Positions 61,491-64,000 of a stretch of DNA of 64,000 bases are shown in pieces. The first letter of the stretch is position 1. Each line of letters opens with the position of its first letter. The notes below the pieces were generated by a model. The model saw only the letters and a program-made list of their open reading frames with translations. It was not told the DNA's origin and made no database searches. This DNA is from an uncultured Verrucomicrobiae bacterium (GTDB lineage: Bacteria > Verrucomicrobiota > Verrucomicrobiia > Limisphaerales > UBA11358), in NCBI GenBank assembly GCA_963711945.1, contig CAVQGB010000005.1, positions 175,664 through 239,663 of the forward strand, in the 5' to 3' direction. A program made the position numbers and the translations under genes.

Positions 61491-63320
61491 ATGATTGACA
61501 CTGATATCGAACTTTTGAAGGGCATCGCAAACCAGTTGCGCATCCACTCCATCACGTCCACCACCGCGGCGGCCAGCGGTCATCCGACTTCCTGCTGCTC
61601 CGCGGCGGATATTGTGGCCACGCTGTTCTTCGGCCACATGCGCTACGACGCGAAGAATCCTCACTTTCACAACAACGACCGTTTTATTTTGTCGAAGGGT
61701 CATGCCGCACCGCTGCTTTATGCCGCGTGGGCGGAAACGGGTTTGTTCCCCGTGGGTGAATTGCTGACGCTGCGCCAGTTCACGTCCAATTTTGAGGGCC
61801 ATCCCACGCTGCGGCTGCCGTTCGTGGACGTGGCCACCGGTTCGCTCGGCCAGGGCTTGAGCGTCGGCGCCGGCATGGCGCTCGCCGCGCGGCTCGACAA
61901 ACTCGATTACAACACCTACGTCCTCCTCGGCGACGGCGAAATTGCCGAAGGCTCGGTCTGGGAAGCCGCGAACATCGCGGGCATTTACAAGCTCAACAAT
62001 CTCATCGCCATCGTGGACGCCAACCGCCTCGGCCAGAGCCAGGCGACCGCGTTCGGCCACGACATCGGCGTCTATGCCAAACGCTTTGAAGCCTTCGGCT
62101 GGCGCGTGGAAGTCATTGACGGTCACGACCTCGAGGAAATTGCCGAAGTGCTGGGCGGCGTCGGTCTGGACGACAAACCGCTCGCCATCATCGCCAAGAC
62201 TTACAAGGGCGCGGGCGTTTCATTTTTGCAGGACAAGGACGGCTGGCATGGAAAACCATTGAACAAGGAAGAAGCCGCGAAAGCCATTGCGGAGCTTCAA
62301 CCCAGCACGAAATCCGGCATTGGCGTTCCGATTCCCTCGCCGAATCCGCTGCCCGCGCCCGACAATTCCGCGCCAGCGGGCTACCCACCGCTCGCCTACA
62401 AGGTTGGCGACAAGGTTGCCACCCGCGAGGCCTACGGCAACGCGCTGGCGCGCATCGGCGAAGTGGATCGCCGCATCGTCGCCATGGACGGCGACACGAA
62501 AAATTCCACCTACTCGGAAAAATTCTTCAAAAAATTCCCGGACCGTTTCACCGAATGTTTCATCGCCGAGCAGAATCTTGTCGGCGTGGCCGCGGGTTTC
62601 GGCGCGCGCGGCAAGGTGCCGTTCGCCTCGACGTTCGCGACATTTTTCACCCGCGCCGCCGACCAGATCCGCGTCGCCGGCATCTCGCAGGCGAACCTGA
62701 AGCTCGCCGGCTCGCACGTCGGCGTGAGCATCGGCGAGGACGGTCCCACGCAAATGGCGCTGGAAGACATGGCGCTGATGCGCGCGGTTGTGGGCAGTGT
62801 GGTGTTGTATCCGAGCGACGCGGTCAGCACGGAAAAATTGGTGGAACAAATGGCGCTGACGAAGGGCATTTGCTTCCTGCGCACGTCGCGCCCGAAAACG
62901 CCTGTGATTTACGGCAACGACGAGCAGTTCCCCATCGGCGGCGCGAAAGTGCTGCGCGAAGGCGCCAAGGCCACCATCGTCAGCGCCGGCGTGACGCTGT
63001 TCGAGGCGCTCAAGGCCGCAGACCAACTCAAGGCTGAAGGCATCACCGTCACGGTGATTGACGCCTACAGCGTGAAGCCGCTCGCGAAGGATGTCATTCT
63101 GGCCGCCGCGAAAAAGACTGGCAACACAGTCATTACGGTGGAAGACCATTATTCCGAAGGCGGCCTGGGCGACGCCGTCGCGGGCGAATTGAGCGTGAAC
63201 GGCATCAAGGTCCACAAATTGGCGGTGAACGGCCTGCCGCGTTCCGGCAAGGCCGAGGAACTGTTGGCGCACTTTGGCATTGATGCCGCGGCGATTGTGA
63301 AGAAGGTCAAATCGCTGTAA
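61491..63320 (+). CDS. tkt: Transketolase
   Basis: ...ASGHPTSCCSAADIVATLFF...SKGHAAPLLYAAWA...GSLGQGL...LLGDGEIAEGSVWEA (TPP motif)..., followed by the pyrimidine-binding and C-terminal domains. 609 aa. Confidence 0.95.
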   Translation: MIDTDIELLKGIANQLRIHSITSTTAAASGHPTSCCSAADIVATLFFGHMRYDAKNPHFHNNDRFILSKGHAAPLLYAAWAETGLFPVGELLTLRQFTSNFEGHPTLRLPFVDVATGSLGQGLSVGAGMALAARLDKLDYNTYVLLGDGEIAEGSVWEAANIAGIYKLNNLIAIVDANRLGQSQATAFGHDIGVYAKRFEAFGWRVEVIDGHDLEEIAEVLGGVGLDDKPLAIIAKTYKGAGVSFLQDKDGWHGKPLNKEEAAKAIAELQPSTKSGIGVPIPSPNPLPAPDNSAPAGYPPLAYKVGDKVATREAYGNALARIGEVDRRIVAMDGDTKNSTYSEKFFKKFPDRFTECFIAEQNLVGVAAGFGARGKVPFASTFATFFTRAADQIRVAGISQANLKLAGSHVGVSIGEDGPTQMALEDMALMRAVVGSVVLYPSDAVSTEKLVEQMALTKGICFLRTSRPKTPVIYGNDEQFPIGGAKVLREGAKATIVSAGVTLFEALKAADQLKAEGITVTVIDAYSVKPLAKDVILAAAKKTGNTVITVEDHYSEGGLGDAVAGELSVNGIKVHKLAVNGLPRSGKAEELLAHFGIDAAAIVKKVKSL

Positions 63321-63343
63321 TTCAACCCTGGCATTCCAGAACG

Positions 63344-63380
63344 GGCGCGGGGGAAAATCTTCCCGCGCCTTTTCCTTTTT
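63344..63380 (+). terminator. Rho-independent terminator after tkt
   Basis: GGCGCGGG-ggaaaatctt-CCCGCGCC followed by TTTTCCTTTTT. Confidence 0.7.
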
Positions 63381-63398
63381 GCCAGACGGGCATTTCTG

Positions 63399-63980
63399 GT
63401 GCAAATTGCCACGGAAATGAGCGAGCCTGGAAAATTTCTGAAAGGCAGATTGCTGCTGGACGGCGGCGGTTTGAGCGGCTCATTTTTCCACCGCTCGGTC
63501 GTTCTGATCTGCGAGCACAATGCCGAGGGCGCCTTCGGCCTCGTGCTGAACCGGTCCGCCGGCAACAAGGTCGGCGAGGTGCTGGTGGCCGACCTGCCCA
63601 TTGCGCTCAAGGACTCGCCGTTGTTTCTTGGCGGGCCGGTGCAGCCGACGGCGTTGAGTTATTTGCATTCCGGCGGTTTCCTGCCCGACGCGAACGTATT
63701 TCCAAATCTCGCGCTCGGCCATTCGCTCGATGATTTGCTGGAAATCAGCGAATCGTTTTCCCCGGTGAAGAAAGTCAAGCTGTTCGCGGGCTACGCCGGC
63801 TGGTCGCCCGGCCAGCTTGAAATGGAAATGAAACGCAAATCGTGGCTGACGTTCCCCGGGTCCCTTGAACTCATCTTCGACACGCCGCCCGAACAACTGT
63901 GGCAGACCATCGTGAAAAGCAAGGGCGGCTGGAAAAACAGGCTTCTTGCCCAAATGCCGGAAAATTTGTCATGGAATTGA
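63399..63980 (+). CDS. YqgE/AlgH-family (UPF0301) protein
   Basis: ...FHRSVVLICEHNAEGAFGLVLNR...FLGGPVQP...LFAGYAGWSPGQLEMEM. The start may be at 63417 (MSEPGKF). Confidence 0.85.
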   Translation: MQIATEMSEPGKFLKGRLLLDGGGLSGSFFHRSVVLICEHNAEGAFGLVLNRSAGNKVGEVLVADLPIALKDSPLFLGGPVQPTALSYLHSGGFLPDANVFPNLALGHSLDDLLEISESFSPVKKVKLFAGYAGWSPGQLEMEMKRKSWLTFPGSLELIFDTPPEQLWQTIVKSKGGWKNRLLAQMPENLSWN

Positions 63981-64000
63981 AACGGCCATGAAGAACGAAA

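Overview
This is a GC-rich bacterial chromosomal window, annotated by eye from the six-frame ORF track plus hand translation. No searches were run, so every product call rests on recognisable motifs. The repeat-encoded peptide motifs (RDACPT, AGKMPA, NIEH) and the gene content remind me of PVC-group genomes (Verrucomicrobiota or Planctomycetota). That is recollection, not a search result.

Layout, left to right:
- 1-4.3 kb: a defence-type island. It holds an edge-truncated 2-TM protein and a Type I R-M M/S pair, with a HEPN gene between hsdM and hsdS and an MNT nucleotidyltransferase domain fused to HsdS. No hsdR lies in the window.
- 4.9-9.0 kb: a small integrated element next to tRNA-Thr(CGU). 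It carries a tyrosine integrase, an Xis-like HTH protein, a HUH rolling-circle Rep and two or three unknown genes.
- 9.3-15.7 kb: a DeoR-regulated 2-oxoacid dehydrogenase operon (fused E1 alpha/beta, E2, E3).
- 15.8-23.4 kb: assorted genes, including an AEC transporter, an ICMT-like methyltransferase, a DegT aminotransferase, an AAA+ ATPase and secreted proteins.
- 23.6-41 kb: a 17-kb co-directional minus-strand array. In transcription order it runs purL, a YdjM-like hydrolase, an ABC-2-like permease, three SPFH proteins, a Zn/Cd-type P1B ATPase, a PIN/RHH toxin-antitoxin pair, an ABC transporter with a 520-aa partner, and rimO.
- 41-55 kb: housekeeping genes (purQ, purS, zwf, pgl, accA, manA, a GH51 enzyme, nudix, MFS, thrS). 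Most are broken by indels.
- 55-64 kb: a GT39-like glycosyltransferase, an SPFH-plus-Arc pair, a B12-radical-SAM enzyme, tkt and algH.

I found no rRNA genes and no CRISPR array.

Most notable observations:
- Several families of GC-rich palindromic repeats sit inside conserved genes. Most leave the ORF open, and the same repeat is translated in different frames in different genes.
- A 173-nt low-GC insertion in thrS is flanked by a 10-nt direct repeat, and its removal restores the reading frame exactly.
- The thrS 3' end is duplicated on both sides of the glycosyltransferase gene.
- The HEPN / MNT::HsdS arrangement is unusual.
- A Rep-plus-integrase element is integrated at the tRNA.
- Three SPFH proteins, one of them His-rich, sit next to the metal ATPase.
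- Frameshifts are very dense between 38.5 and 54.9 kb. This is most simply explained by sequence quality.
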